A DNA stretch of 64,000 nucleotides, taken from IMG/VR virus record IMGVR_UViG_3300011116_001125, positions 1 through 64,000 of that record, one strand, 5' to 3'. Position 1 is the stretch's first letter, and each line of letters starts with the position of its first letter. Below are positions 19,043 through 29,485 of this stretch, one piece after another. Origin of the DNA: a virus. The notes beneath the pieces are model-generated. The model did not search any database. It was not told the origin of the DNA and saw only the letters and a program-made list of their open reading frames with translations. Position numbers and translations under genes: made by a program.

Positions 19043-22000
19043 ATGGCTAATGATGTAGATCCGTTAGGTGGCGTTTTAGTAGAAAAAGCCACTAATGAAA
19101 CGCCTAATGCCTCGCAAGCAGATGTTCAACTCCCGCCTATGGAAGCAGGTGGGCCACAAATGGTTGCGCCAGAAGAAGCGTACCTTCCTGGACGTAAAGT
19201 AAGCGAAGGTGACCTTGGTTTGCAACGGGCATACTTCGGTGCATTCAATAATATGGTTTTGGCATTGCCTGATGCTGCATTGAATGCAGGGGCTTTTGCT
19301 GCTGAAAAAGCAGGATTGCTTAGTCGGACTTCAGATAATCCACAAGAAAACCGTGACATTCTTACGCGGTTTTTTAATGCCGCTAATTACCCTGAACGCG
19401 ATAGGCTATTGGGCATCTTCAGCCTTGGTAAAGGTGAACAGATAAAGCCTGAGACTATTGGAGAAAAAATTGCGGCGGGTACGGGTGAAGCCACAGTATT
19501 AGCCACTGCTTTTCCGTCTATGGCGGCAGCAGCCACTAAAGAAGGTGCTTACCTCGCCGCTCCAATGGTAGAAGGTATCGAGCAACGTTACCTCACCCAA
19601 ACAGGAACAAAGGCCCTTGGACCAATGTTTCAAAAAGCGGCGCAGGAATATGTTACTGCGTTTAAAAATGCGCCTGCTCGAGTATTGGCATCCGAAATCG
19701 CAGGTGGAGCAGCTTCAGGTGCATTGGGTACTACAGAACAAGAACTTACAGGATATCGCACAGGCTTTGGTGATCTTGCGGGCGGCATGGTTCCTGCGGT
19801 AGCTCCGGCAGTGGCTAAGTTTATTTATAAATGGAGCCCAACAAGAAACATTATTTCTTGGGGTTACCGAATGATTCCGGGTTCAGCTGGTGAGGCTAAT
19901 ATGCGCCGCGAAGCTGAAACTGAAATTGGTAACGAAATGCTTAAGGCTTTTAAAGAGGCACGCAAAGCAGGCCGCCTACAAGAAGCCGAAGATATAATGA
20001 ACCAATTTAGGGAAGCAGGCTACTCGCTTGAGTTAAGCCCTGCTGAAATGACGCAAGATCCTAGTTTGCGTGTTGCTCAAGAAGCTGCTCAGCGAAGTGC
20101 CGCAGGCGATAAAGCACGCGCTTTTCGTGAACGCACCGAGGGCAATGTTTCACGGATCATTAACTATTCTAACGATGCTAATCTTGTAGATACATCTGCC
20201 CCTACTGCTGTAGTAAAGCAGTTGCAGTCATCTGCGGAAACAGAAGCCCAACTTCAACAAATTGGGTTGGAAGAGCTTAGCACTTATGGTGAAAACGTTG
20301 CTGCTCGTTTGCCAATGGCGCGTAACCGTGCAGAAGAAGGGGCTATTATCCGTAAAGCCCTTATTGATGCTAAAGAAGCAAAGAAAAAAGAGCTAGATGC
20401 GTTTGCAGATGAAATTGGCATTAACGAAGCCAATCCCGGAACTTTAATGAACCCCGTTAAGAAAATGGTTCGGGATAAGTATTTTCTTGATAACGATACT
20501 GACCGTTATTTGCCCAAGGTCATTCGTGACTTTGCAACATCAGAAGATAACGTGATTAACTTCCAAACTTGGAAACGTTATCGCGATAAAGTTTCTGATG
20601 AACTTTCTGCGGCTATTGCTAACAAGCAATCTAGCGATATTGTCAATTTAACCAAGTTCAAAGAAGATCTTGATCAATTCGGCAATATGTTTTACGGCAC
20701 CAACAAAAATTGGAATACGTTCAAGACCCGTTACGCAGATGAATACGCTAAGCCCTTTGAGCGGGGTGTAGCCTATGAGGTTACAACGCCAAGCCCTGCT
20801 TCACGTCCAGGAGATGTTCGTTACCTAACAAGTGATGAAGCTGTAGCCGATGCGTTTACTCGTAACGTTGAAAACGCAAAAGACTTTATGAATTTGTACC
20901 GTGATAAACCTGAAGCGGTAAATTCCATGCGCAACGTTATTTTAGATGGAGCACGTGAACGGGTTATTGGTAAATCAGGCCCTTATGAAGGTACAGTTGA
21001 TCCAACTAAACTGCAAACGTTTCTTAACCAAAATCGTGAAGTATTGGATACGTTGGGTTTAAAAGATGAATTGGAAAATATTCAAAACCTTTCCAAATTG
21101 TTTGGAATGCGCTCTGCCCAACTTAAAGATAGAGCCGCAGCCATTGGTCGCGATAAAGCTAACCGTTTGTTAAACAATATTACGGACGGAACGTACTCGC
21201 CTGAAGAATTTATTGATGCGGCGATTAAAGATCCTAAAATGATGAAAACAATTACGGATCGCGCCTCACAGGCAGAAGATCCTAATTTAACAGAAGCTAT
21301 TAAACGTGCTGTGTGGACGCGTGCGTTTGAAACGAATGATATTCGTGATCCAGGAAAGTTTATGGAGTTTGCAAAAACTCATGAACGCTCATTAAGAATG
21401 GCAATGGGCGATGAGCACTATAACCGCATGATGACTACGGCTAAGGGCATGGGTCTCGCGCTTTACGCGCAAGAAGGTTTGGATGGTATGCCTTTAGAAG
21501 CTATGAGCGGATTGGAAAAGTTTGCAAAATACACGGGTATCACTGCTGCAAGTTTAGCGAACGCCGTTGCCGCAGCAGGGCGTGGTCAGGTAAAAGAAAG
21601 TTACTTAGCTCTGGCTTTTGGCGGTAAACTTCTTAGCACGCGTCAACGTGCAGCCTACAACAAAGTTATGAGTGAAGTTCTTGTTGATAGCACTTTGGCC
21701 CGTGACCTTGCAGAACGTTCTGCAGGCGATGGTATGCCTACGCAAAAACAAGCTAACCGCATGAAGGCTTGGATGCTAAGTGTTGGTCTACAACCAGACG
21801 GCAAGCCTTACGAAGAAGAGCGGCCTGTTGAAGATGTTCCAATACCCAAGGAACTTTTCTTGCCACAAGGCGCAACTCGTACCCCTACAGGGCCTAGTGA
21901 TATAAATTCACTTCCACCGTTTTTGAATGAGCCGCTTCCGCAAAAGGCTACACCGAATGTTACTGTTACATTCCCTGACTCTGACCCTAGCCCAAGTAAC

Positions 22001-22123
22001 CCATTCAATCAGCCCGCACCTGCTGCACCAGCTCCACAAGGTGGAGCAGGCAGGGTCGATTATCCATCACTGTTTCCTAATGATCCATTAGGTACAGCAA
22101 TCAGCAACCGTAGTGCGCAATAA
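19043..22123 (+). CDS. Large internal virion protein
   Basis: 1026 aa, helical; last gene of the podovirus-type core cluster; YPSLFPNDPLG C-terminus. Confidence 0.55.
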   Translation: MANDVDPLGGVLVEKATNETPNASQADVQLPPMEAGGPQMVAPEEAYLPGRKVSEGDLGLQRAYFGAFNNMVLALPDAALNAGAFAAEKAGLLSRTSDNPQENRDILTRFFNAANYPERDRLLGIFSLGKGEQIKPETIGEKIAAGTGEATVLATAFPSMAAAATKEGAYLAAPMVEGIEQRYLTQTGTKALGPMFQKAAQEYVTAFKNAPARVLASEIAGGAASGALGTTEQELTGYRTGFGDLAGGMVPAVAPAVAKFIYKWSPTRNIISWGYRMIPGSAGEANMRREAETEIGNEMLKAFKEARKAGRLQEAEDIMNQFREAGYSLELSPAEMTQDPSLRVAQEAAQRSAAGDKARAFRERTEGNVSRIINYSNDANLVDTSAPTAVVKQLQSSAETEAQLQQIGLEELSTYGENVAARLPMARNRAEEGAIIRKALIDAKEAKKKELDAFADEIGINEANPGTLMNPVKKMVRDKYFLDNDTDRYLPKVIRDFATSEDNVINFQTWKRYRDKVSDELSAAIANKQSSDIVNLTKFKEDLDQFGNMFYGTNKNWNTFKTRYADEYAKPFERGVAYEVTTPSPASRPGDVRYLTSDEAVADAFTRNVENAKDFMNLYRDKPEAVNSMRNVILDGARERVIGKSGPYEGTVDPTKLQTFLNQNREVLDTLGLKDELENIQNLSKLFGMRSAQLKDRAAAIGRDKANRLLNNITDGTYSPEEFIDAAIKDPKMMKTITDRASQAEDPNLTEAIKRAVWTRAFETNDIRDPGKFMEFAKTHERSLRMAMGDEHYNRMMTTAKGMGLALYAQEGLDGMPLEAMSGLEKFAKYTGITAASLANAVAAAGRGQVKESYLALAFGGKLLSTRQRAAYNKVMSEVLVDSTLARDLAERSAGDGMPTQKQANRMKAWMLSVGLQPDGKPYEEERPVEDVPIPKELFLPQGATRTPTGPSDINSLPPFLNEPLPQKATPNVTVTFPDSDPSPSNPFNQPAPAAPAPQGGAGRVDYPSLFPNDPLGTAISNRSAQ

Positions 22124-22635
22124 TGAAAGATAATTTTGAACAATGCTTGGCCTTGGTGCTTAAACACGAAGGCGGTTATGTTAATAACCCAAAAGATCCA
22201 GGAGGCATGACTAACCTCGGCGTTACCAAAAAAGTTTGGGAAGAATGGGTTGGTCATACGGTAGACGAAGCAGCAATGCGAGCGTTGGGGCCAACAGATG
22301 TCGCGCCGCTCTACAAGAAAAACTACTGGGACCGTGTCCGTGGAGATGATCTACCGACAGGTGTTGACTATTCTGTGTTTGATCTTGCTGTTAATAGTGG
22401 TGTTAGCCGTGCCGTCAAGTTTTTACAGGCCGCTTGTGGTGTTGCTCAAGATGGCGCTATCGGACCAGCGACATTAGCCGCAGTTGCACAACAACACCCA
22501 CGCGAACTTGCTACCGCTGTGTGTGAAAAACGGTTAGCATTTCTTCAATCATTGCCAACGTGGAATACATTTGGCAGGGGGTGGAACAAGCGTGTAGCCG
22601 AAGTAGAAGAAGCTGCTTTTAAGATGGTCGGCTAA
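22123..22635 (+). CDS. Endolysin, glycosyl hydrolase family 108 with peptidoglycan-binding domain
   Basis: HEGGYVNNPKDPGGMTNLGVT catalytic motif; FDLAVNSG; FGRGWNKR. Confidence 0.9.
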   Translation: MKDNFEQCLALVLKHEGGYVNNPKDPGGMTNLGVTKKVWEEWVGHTVDEAAMRALGPTDVAPLYKKNYWDRVRGDDLPTGVDYSVFDLAVNSGVSRAVKFLQAACGVAQDGAIGPATLAAVAQQHPRELATAVCEKRLAFLQSLPTWNTFGRGWNKRVAEVEEAAFKMVG

Positions 22636-24071
22636 ACAATCCACTGTTTGTAATCTTCGTTCAGCACTTGCGTAGCAAGGTTAATCTTGTTGCGCAGTGC
22701 CTTTAATATTTTTTCTTCTACGGTATTTTCCGTAATGATATCTACGTAGGTAACGTTGTTTTTCTGCCCAATGCGGTGCGCACGGTCTTCGCTTTGCAAC
22801 CTTATTTCAAGGTCGTAGTTGTTACTGTAGTAGATCACAGTTTTGGCTAGTGTCAACGTTAATCCGTAGCCGCCCGTACGGGGTTGCCCAACAAAAAACC
22901 TCAGTGGATGGGCAACGTTTTGAAAGTTTTTCACTGTTTGTTGGCGCTGCTCTACATCAGTATCACCGTAGTACAGGGCCACTGAATCATTACCGTATTC
23001 TTCTTTGAGCATCTTTTCAATTTCCAACAGATCATTGGTAAATGTAGCCCATATGATTACCTTACCATCGACTTCTTCTAACGTAGCTTTTAGCTCGTTC
23101 AGTTTATTGGTTGGAAACCGTTTTGTGGTGCCATCATCCATACGCACAAAACCGCTACACACTTGTTGGAGCCGCAGTATTTGGGTGAGCACATTAGGGG
23201 CCGTTGCCAACTGACCTTCTAGCTCAGCCAAAGCTAGATTTTTCATTTGGGCATATATACGGGCCTGCTCATCGGTAAACTCTACCGTGCGGCGGGTATA
23301 AATTTTATCAGGTAAATCTAAACAATCTTCTTTACGCACACGGTAGCTAAACTCTTCAATCTTTTTGCTTAGCTCATCAAGGTTCTGATAGCCTACAATT
23401 TGATTAAAACTATGCGTGCCAAGCGAACGTTTAACCATACGGGCGTATCTGCTTTGGAAAGCCCAATAGCTGTTATAGCCCAAGGCCCATGGATCAAGAA
23501 ACTCGCACTGGCTGTACAGGTCCAACGGGCTTTGCGTAACGGGCGACCCTGTAGCAATACGCCGATAGATTGCCTTGGTGCCTAGTTTCACAAGGCTTTT
23601 GGTTCGTTTGGCAGTGCGGTTTTTGATTGTTGTGCTTTCATCTACTGCCATAAGCACTTTTTTCAATTTAAGAAACGTTTCTGCAAAAGTGCAACCTTTT
23701 TCGGTACTAAATGCTTCTACGTTCATAACTACCAATTTAAGTGATTCGTCGCGCTCGAACGCTCGCTCAAGATCTTTCTTTTTCTTTTGAGTTTGCTCAG
23801 GCGACCATGTAATGATTTGCGCATCAATATGCGTGGGCAAATGCTCAGGTAATTCTTTTTGCTCCCAATTTTTATACACGCCTTTGGGAGCTACAATCAA
23901 AGCGCCTTCAATACGACCTTCATCGTAGAGCATGGCTATTGTATCAATAATGATCTTACTTTTGCCTGTTCCCATTTCTAAAAACAGGGCGTATTCGGGG
24001 CGTTCCCAACTACGTTCAAGTGCCGTTAATTGATGCGCATACGGCTGATGCTTAAATTTGTAACGTAACAT
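22632..24071 (-). CDS. SNF2-family (SF2) helicase
   Basis: EMGTGKS Walker A, VDES motif II, TGSP, GYGLTL, QSEDRAHRIGQ motif VI. Confidence 0.9.
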   Translation of the reverse strand: MLRYKFKHQPYAHQLTALERSWERPEYALFLEMGTGKSKIIIDTIAMLYDEGRIEGALIVAPKGVYKNWEQKELPEHLPTHIDAQIITWSPEQTQKKKKDLERAFERDESLKLVVMNVEAFSTEKGCTFAETFLKLKKVLMAVDESTTIKNRTAKRTKSLVKLGTKAIYRRIATGSPVTQSPLDLYSQCEFLDPWALGYNSYWAFQSRYARMVKRSLGTHSFNQIVGYQNLDELSKKIEEFSYRVRKEDCLDLPDKIYTRRTVEFTDEQARIYAQMKNLALAELEGQLATAPNVLTQILRLQQVCSGFVRMDDGTTKRFPTNKLNELKATLEEVDGKVIIWATFTNDLLEIEKMLKEEYGNDSVALYYGDTDVEQRQQTVKNFQNVAHPLRFFVGQPRTGGYGLTLTLAKTVIYYSNNYDLEIRLQSEDRAHRIGQKNNVTYVDIITENTVEEKILKALRNKINLATQVLNEDYKQWIV

Positions 24072-24101
24072 GTACCACTGCCCTTTCTTACGGCTGTGAC
24101 T

Positions 24102-24130
24102 ATATTACCACTGTTCAACCCCATGGACAA
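24102..24130 (-). promoter_or_regulatory. Sigma70-like promoter for the SNF2 helicase
   Basis: Minus strand TTGTCC-N17-TAATAT, then an AGAAAGGG SD. Confidence 0.6.
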
Positions 24131-24181
24131 CTTTACTATTAGGCGGGTTTTTCCAAGGCTATGCTACACAAACAACCTCGC

Positions 24182-24207
24182 ACGCGTGCGCGGGGGGCGA
24201 AAAAGTG
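24182..24207. repeat. Left arm of a 26-bp long-range inverted repeat
   Basis: ACGCGTGCGCGGGGGGCGAAAAAGTG; its reverse complement matches 45751-45776 at 25/26. Confidence 0.85.
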
Positions 24208-24299
24208 GTCAGATAGCGATATAGTCAGATATTGTATAGTGGCGCAAAAATAAATTTGTTGTGTTCCATTTTAAAATTTGGACCTATTAAGCAAAGTGC

Positions 24300-24328
24300 T
24301 TGCTATCCTAGTTTCTATGGCCCATAGT
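24300..24328 (+). promoter_or_regulatory. Sigma70-like promoter for the replication operon
   Basis: TTGCTA-N17-CATAGT, divergent from the helicase promoter. Confidence 0.5.
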
Positions 24329-24350
24329 AGTTGGGCATGGGGAGAAAGCC

Positions 24351-24662
24351 GTGACCGTTTACATCACTCAAGAAGTTCGTGGGCGGGATCTTACCGATGC
24401 TTTGGGCTTTGGTGACCTAGACATACTTGTTCCTGCCAAGGAGCAAATTGCCTTATCATCAGGACCACTGGTTAAGCGTATGGAGCGAAAGTTATCCAAG
24501 TTCACAGATAATGATTTCCTTATGCTTGCAGGTGACCCCGTTTGTATTGGGGTTGCGTGCGCACTTGCGGCAGTCAGTAACAATGGTCGTTTTAAGGTAC
24601 TTAAATGGGACCGTTTGGAGCAAAGGTATTACCCGATAAATGTCAACCTGTATCAAAAGTAG
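24351..24662 (+). CDS. Conserved small alpha/beta phage protein
   Basis: 103 aa, GGAGAAAG SD, GTG start. Confidence 0.7.
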   Translation: MTVYITQEVRGRDLTDALGFGDLDILVPAKEQIALSSGPLVKRMERKLSKFTDNDFLMLAGDPVCIGVACALAAVSNNGRFKVLKWDRLEQRYYPINVNLYQK

Positions 24663-24670
24663 GAGGCTGA

Positions 24671-25219
24671 ATGTTAGATTTTGAACAAACGGCTGACGAA
24701 CTTAGCAAGCTAGGCGATGATGCTATAGGCCGCATTGCTAAACTGGTTAAGATGCAACTTGCCTTGGAAGCAAGGCTAGCTCAACTAGAAGAAGAGCAAA
24801 AAGATGTTGCACGTCAGTTACGTGAAATAGCTGAAGAAGAGCTGCCTTCCGCAATGGAAGAGCATGGCGTAAGCCAATTAAAAATGGGTGACGGTAGTGA
24901 AATCACTGTAAGCACGTTTTACAGTGCCTCAATACCAAAGGATGAAACTGAGCGTGCGTTCGATTGGTTGCGCGATAATAGGTTTGGTGACCTCATTAAA
25001 AATGTTGTTTCCACAACCTTTGGGCGCAACGACGATGCTAAGGCTAAAGCACTTGTCAATACGCTGTCTGACAGTGGTTATAGCGTAAATCAGAAGCAGT
25101 GGGTTGAACCAATGACCCTCAAGGCTTTTGTTAAGGAACAAGTTGAAAAGGGGGCACCGCTTCCTATGGATTTGTTTGGTGTATATATTGGTAAAAAAGC
25201 CAAAGTAAGGAGAAAGTAA
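24671..25219 (+). CDS. Conserved replication-module protein (N-terminal coiled coil)
   Basis: 182 aa; AFDWLRDN...GDLIKN, VEPMTLKAFVKEQ. Confidence 0.65.
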   Translation: MLDFEQTADELSKLGDDAIGRIAKLVKMQLALEARLAQLEEEQKDVARQLREIAEEELPSAMEEHGVSQLKMGDGSEITVSTFYSASIPKDETERAFDWLRDNRFGDLIKNVVSTTFGRNDDAKAKALVNTLSDSGYSVNQKQWVEPMTLKAFVKEQVEKGAPLPMDLFGVYIGKKAKVRRK

Positions 25220-26031
25220 TGGCTAAAACATCAGTTGCGGTTGCGGAAACCAAAAACACTGCACTTGCTACGGCAAGCGATCTATCAGGCTTTGAAGAGT
25301 TTGCAGGCTTGGGTATGCAAGAAGTTACTGCCGCAGATATGGCAGTGCCGTTTTTGCGTATTCTGGCACAACTTAGCCCACAGGTGAATAAGCGTGATGG
25401 TGCTTATGTGCAGGGCGCAGAACCCGGAATGATCTACAATACTGTGGCTAACGAAGTTTACAGTGGTGAAGAAGGTATTTTGGTAGTTCCTTGTTACACT
25501 AATACTCGTTTTGTTGAATGGAAGCCCCGTGAAAAGGGCGGCGGTTATGTGGCGAGCTATATGGGTACCGACCCTATTGTAAACACAACTCGCAAGGATG
25601 ACCGTGGGCAGGATATCTTGCCTAATGGCAACTTGCTCAGCAAAACGGCGCAGTGGTTCGTATTGTTGTTGCACCCTGAAAACGGTGCGCAACGTTGCCT
25701 CATTACCATGAGCAGTACACAGCTTAAGAAAAGCCGTAGTTGGGTGACCACTACACGTAGCATCATGGGCAAAGGTGCAAACGGCCCGTTTGTAATGCCT
25801 ATCATGTCACAGGTTTACCGCCTTAAAACTACTGAAGAGCGCAACGATAAAGGTAGTTGGTTTGGGTGGGATATCGCACGTGAACGCCAGTTGGTGTTGG
25901 AAAATCGTGACGATAGTGACCTCTACCGTATGGGTGTTGAGTTTAGCAAAAGCATTTCAGCGGGTGAAGTCAAGGTTAAAGATGAACACCCTGATATGTC
26001 CTCCGAAGATAATGGTTCTTCACCGTTTTAA
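25219..26031 (+). CDS. Putative single-stranded DNA-binding protein
   Basis: Acidic C-terminus ending in PF; PFLRILAQLSPQV; lies before the primase. Confidence 0.6.
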   Translation: MAKTSVAVAETKNTALATASDLSGFEEFAGLGMQEVTAADMAVPFLRILAQLSPQVNKRDGAYVQGAEPGMIYNTVANEVYSGEEGILVVPCYTNTRFVEWKPREKGGGYVASYMGTDPIVNTTRKDDRGQDILPNGNLLSKTAQWFVLLLHPENGAQRCLITMSSTQLKKSRSWVTTTRSIMGKGANGPFVMPIMSQVYRLKTTEERNDKGSWFGWDIARERQLVLENRDDSDLYRMGVEFSKSISAGEVKVKDEHPDMSSEDNGSSPF

Positions 26032-26084
26032 TTTAGGTGATTGGGCGGGGGCATATAGCCTCCGCCAACCATACGGGGGTGGTA

Positions 26085-27608
26085 ATGCAAGAACATGCAA
26101 AGCAGTTTTTTGCTCTGTTCAAAGGTAATGACAGGGCACACGGAACATTTAGCGTTAACAAAAGTCGTGATGATGGCAAGAAAACGGGTATTGCTAAAAT
26201 CCTACGGGAAGAAACTACGCTTGACCATTGGGTCAATCACCTTGAGGGTGAGGTTGGCTTGGGCGTTATTCCTATTATGGACGACAACCATTGCCATTGG
26301 GGTGCTATTGATATTGATAGCTACGATTTAGATCACAAGGCACTGTTAAAGAAACTTGGCTCACTGAACATTCCTGCGGTGGTGTGCCGTAGTAAGAGCG
26401 GCGGTGCCCATGTGTTTTTCTTCTTTGAAGAACCTATCGATGCAGAAGATGTGCAGGGCAAGTTGAATGAAGTTGCCGCTATCACAGGATTTGCAGGTAG
26501 TGAAATTTTTCCTAAGCAAAGCAAGTTACTTGTTGAGCGTGGCGATACAGGCAACTTCCTTAACATGCCGTATTTCGGTGGGGATAACACCACCCGCTAC
26601 GCTTTTGATGAAGGTGCCCAAAGCCTGAGTGTAGAAGCGTTCCTTACGCACGCCTTCACACGTAGGCTGAGCAAGGAAAAGTTTTTAGGGCTTAAGTTCA
26701 ACAATAAGAAAACAGGCACCGAACTATTACCTAATGGTCCACCCTGTTTGCAACATCTATGCGCACAGGGCTTTGGTGAAGGTAGTAGGAACAATGCGCT
26801 ATTTAATCTTGGTGTGTATGCCCGTATGTCAGATAGTGACCATTGGGAGCAGTTAGTTGCCAAATATAATCTAGATTACTTGAAACCACCGCTAGGCCAT
26901 AATGAAGTAGGGGCCATTATCAAACAGTTGCAGAAAAAAGATTACTTCTACAAGTGCGAAGACCAACCTATATCCAGCTTCTGCAATAAAGCTGTGTGCA
27001 TGACGCGCAAGTTTGGCGTTGGTCCTGGACAGTTGAACAATGACCTTAGCAGTTTAACTAAAATAGACGGTGACCCACCTATATGGATATTGAATGTTGA
27101 CGGTAGGCGCGTTGAGTTGAGTACTGAAAGTTTGGTAACGCAGAGTGCTTTCCAAAAAGAGTGCGTTGCACAAATCAATAAGTTCCCTATCACAGTTAAT
27201 CAACGTGCATGGCAAACACGTATGCAATCTTTGTTAGACAACTTAACGGTTGTAGAAGTGCCGCCAGATGCTACCATTAAAGGTGAGTTTGAGGATTTGC
27301 TTGCGAGCTTTTGTTGCGACCGTGCGCGGGGTGATACACGTGATGAGATACTACAAGGCATTGCTGTATGGGTTGATGAGCGTGTGTATTTCCAAATCAA
27401 AGACGTACGGAAACATCTGCAAGTAAACAACTTCACGCATTACACTAGCAACAAGATAACGCTACGCTTGACTGATCTAAAAGCGGAAAAGATGTTTTGG
27501 CGTGTGAAGGGTAAGGGTATTCACGTGTGGAGTTTGCCACAAACATTCTTTGCCACGCAGATGGAAACATTGGATTTGCCACCGCTTGTGCCTAAAGATG
27601 TAATCTAA
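26085..27608 (+). CDS. AEP-family primase with PriCT-like domain
   Basis: WGAIDID motif I, RSKSGGAH motif II, GNFLNMPY; PPCL...GEGSRNNALF PriCT signature. Confidence 0.8.
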   Translation: MQEHAKQFFALFKGNDRAHGTFSVNKSRDDGKKTGIAKILREETTLDHWVNHLEGEVGLGVIPIMDDNHCHWGAIDIDSYDLDHKALLKKLGSLNIPAVVCRSKSGGAHVFFFFEEPIDAEDVQGKLNEVAAITGFAGSEIFPKQSKLLVERGDTGNFLNMPYFGGDNTTRYAFDEGAQSLSVEAFLTHAFTRRLSKEKFLGLKFNNKKTGTELLPNGPPCLQHLCAQGFGEGSRNNALFNLGVYARMSDSDHWEQLVAKYNLDYLKPPLGHNEVGAIIKQLQKKDYFYKCEDQPISSFCNKAVCMTRKFGVGPGQLNNDLSSLTKIDGDPPIWILNVDGRRVELSTESLVTQSAFQKECVAQINKFPITVNQRAWQTRMQSLLDNLTVVEVPPDATIKGEFEDLLASFCCDRARGDTRDEILQGIAVWVDERVYFQIKDVRKHLQVNNFTHYTSNKITLRLTDLKAEKMFWRVKGKGIHVWSLPQTFFATQMETLDLPPLVPKDVI

Positions 27609-29125
27609 TGAACATCATACTTGGTCCTCCAGGAACTGGCAAAACAACGCGGTTACTGTCGTTGGTCGAGTATCACATTGAACAAGGCGTAGCACCAGAA
27701 CGTATTGGATATTTTGCTTTTACGAAAGTTGCCGCACGCGAAGCAATGTTGCGTGCGATGGGGCGCTTTAGGCTGAGCGAAAAGCAGTTACCGTTTTTCC
27801 AAACGCTACATAGCCTTGCGTATCATCAAATGGGTATTACCCAAAACCAAATGATGACCAAAGATGGTTATGCCGAAGCCGCTGAGTGGTTAAAGGTCGG
27901 TGGTTTTGTGTTGAACAGTGAAAGTACCGATGGCCCACATTTAGATTTTGGTTACGGCGATAAGTTTTTAGAAATAATAAATATCGCACGTATTCTGCGT
28001 AAGCCGCTCAAGGGTATCTACAACGCTAGCACCGTTCCGCTAAAAACTGATTGGCAACGTGTTGATTATGTGGATAGAGGGTTGCGCCACTTTAAAGAAA
28101 CAATGCAGTTGTTTGATTTTACCGACCTGCTTGAGCAGTTTGTACTGCGGAAGCTAAGCCCACGGTTAGAAGTGGTATTGATAGATGAAGCCCAAGACCT
28201 CAGCCCGCTACAGTGGGAGATGGTGCGTCAGCTTACGGTAAATGTTCCGCATGTATACATCGCAGGCGATGATGACCAAGCTATCTACCGTTGGGCAGGG
28301 GCCGATGTACAACAGTTCATTGCGTTAGAAGGCAACGTAGAAGTGTTGGGCCAAAGTTACAGAATACCTTTGCGCCACCATGAGGTCAGCCAACGTGTTG
28401 TCAGCCGCATACCATTGCGCCGTGATAAACCGTTTGCTCCACGTGCAGAAGAAGGCACTGTGCAGTGGCACCGCCACAGCGAAGAAGTAAACTTGGACCA
28501 AGGCCAATGGCTCTTGCTTAGCCGCACGCGCAAGGGTGCAATAAGATTAGAACAAGAAGTACGTCAGCGCGGTCACCTTTATACATTTAATGCTAGCCGT
28601 AGCGTGGATCCTGAGATGTTGCAGGCTATTCGTGTGTGGGAGGCATTGCGTAGTGGGGAGCGTATGCAAGCTAAAGATGTTAGGACAGCATTTAAGTTTA
28701 TGACGATGAATACGCAGGTAGCGTATGGAAATAAGACGTTGCCTAATGTTAAGGATGATGTGTTCTTGACCATTGGTGATTTGTTAAGCAATCATGGGTT
28801 GTTGCATACGCTCCCGTGGGAAGAAGGCTTAGGTCGTATCAGTGAAGAAAATAGGCGTTACATCAAGGCTTGCTTCAAGAAAGGTGAATCGCTTGATAGC
28901 AAACCACGGATAACAATTAGCACTATTCATGCCAGTAAAGGTGCCGAGGCTGAAAATGTACTGTTGACCACTGATAGTGGTGGCAAGTTTCAAAGTATGT
29001 GGCGCAAATCAGAGTTTGATGCTGAAGATGAAACACGGGTGTTCTATGTGGGGCTTACTCGTGCTAAGAAGGGCCTGCATCTAATCCACCCGATGTACAC
29101 GTCTGGTTACCCCATACCGCATTAG
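27608..29125 (+). CDS. UvrD/Rep-family (SF1) helicase
   Basis: GPPGTGKT, IDEAQD, AGDDDQAIY, QSYR, STIHASKGAE, YVGLTRAK. Confidence 0.92.
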   Translation: MNIILGPPGTGKTTRLLSLVEYHIEQGVAPERIGYFAFTKVAAREAMLRAMGRFRLSEKQLPFFQTLHSLAYHQMGITQNQMMTKDGYAEAAEWLKVGGFVLNSESTDGPHLDFGYGDKFLEIINIARILRKPLKGIYNASTVPLKTDWQRVDYVDRGLRHFKETMQLFDFTDLLEQFVLRKLSPRLEVVLIDEAQDLSPLQWEMVRQLTVNVPHVYIAGDDDQAIYRWAGADVQQFIALEGNVEVLGQSYRIPLRHHEVSQRVVSRIPLRRDKPFAPRAEEGTVQWHRHSEEVNLDQGQWLLLSRTRKGAIRLEQEVRQRGHLYTFNASRSVDPEMLQAIRVWEALRSGERMQAKDVRTAFKFMTMNTQVAYGNKTLPNVKDDVFLTIGDLLSNHGLLHTLPWEEGLGRISEENRRYIKACFKKGESLDSKPRITISTIHASKGAEAENVLLTTDSGGKFQSMWRKSEFDAEDETRVFYVGLTRAKKGLHLIHPMYTSGYPIPH

Positions 29126-29179
29126 TTGTCATTTAAAACATCGCGTGGCACATTATGGTTACTGCAACGGGAGTACTAC

Positions 29180-29455
29180 ATGTCAATTGAAATAGCCTAT
29201 TTTACCAAAGCGAGTTTGATCAAGGCCAACAACCTTGCCATCAAACACAACCTTAACAGGATGCTTAACCCCGATATGTTAAAGCAACTTCCTGCGGGGT
29301 ACCGCTTTCCGATTAGCAGTATTGTATCGCACAATGACCACGTTCGGGCGTGCGTTGTGTTAAGTGAAGAAGGCCAAACGGCGTGGCTTGACATGCCGTG
29401 GGAAGTATACGAAAAGCTACCACGTATTGCTGCGGAGCAGCGTACTTTACATTAA
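29180..29455 (+). CDS. Hypothetical protein
   Basis: ATG 29180 after a GGGAG SD. Confidence 0.6.
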   Translation: MSIEIAYFTKASLIKANNLAIKHNLNRMLNPDMLKQLPAGYRFPISSIVSHNDHVRACVVLSEEGQTAWLDMPWEVYEKLPRIAAEQRTLH

Positions 29456-29485
29456 CCAACTAGCCAACTGATAGGAGAAAGTATC

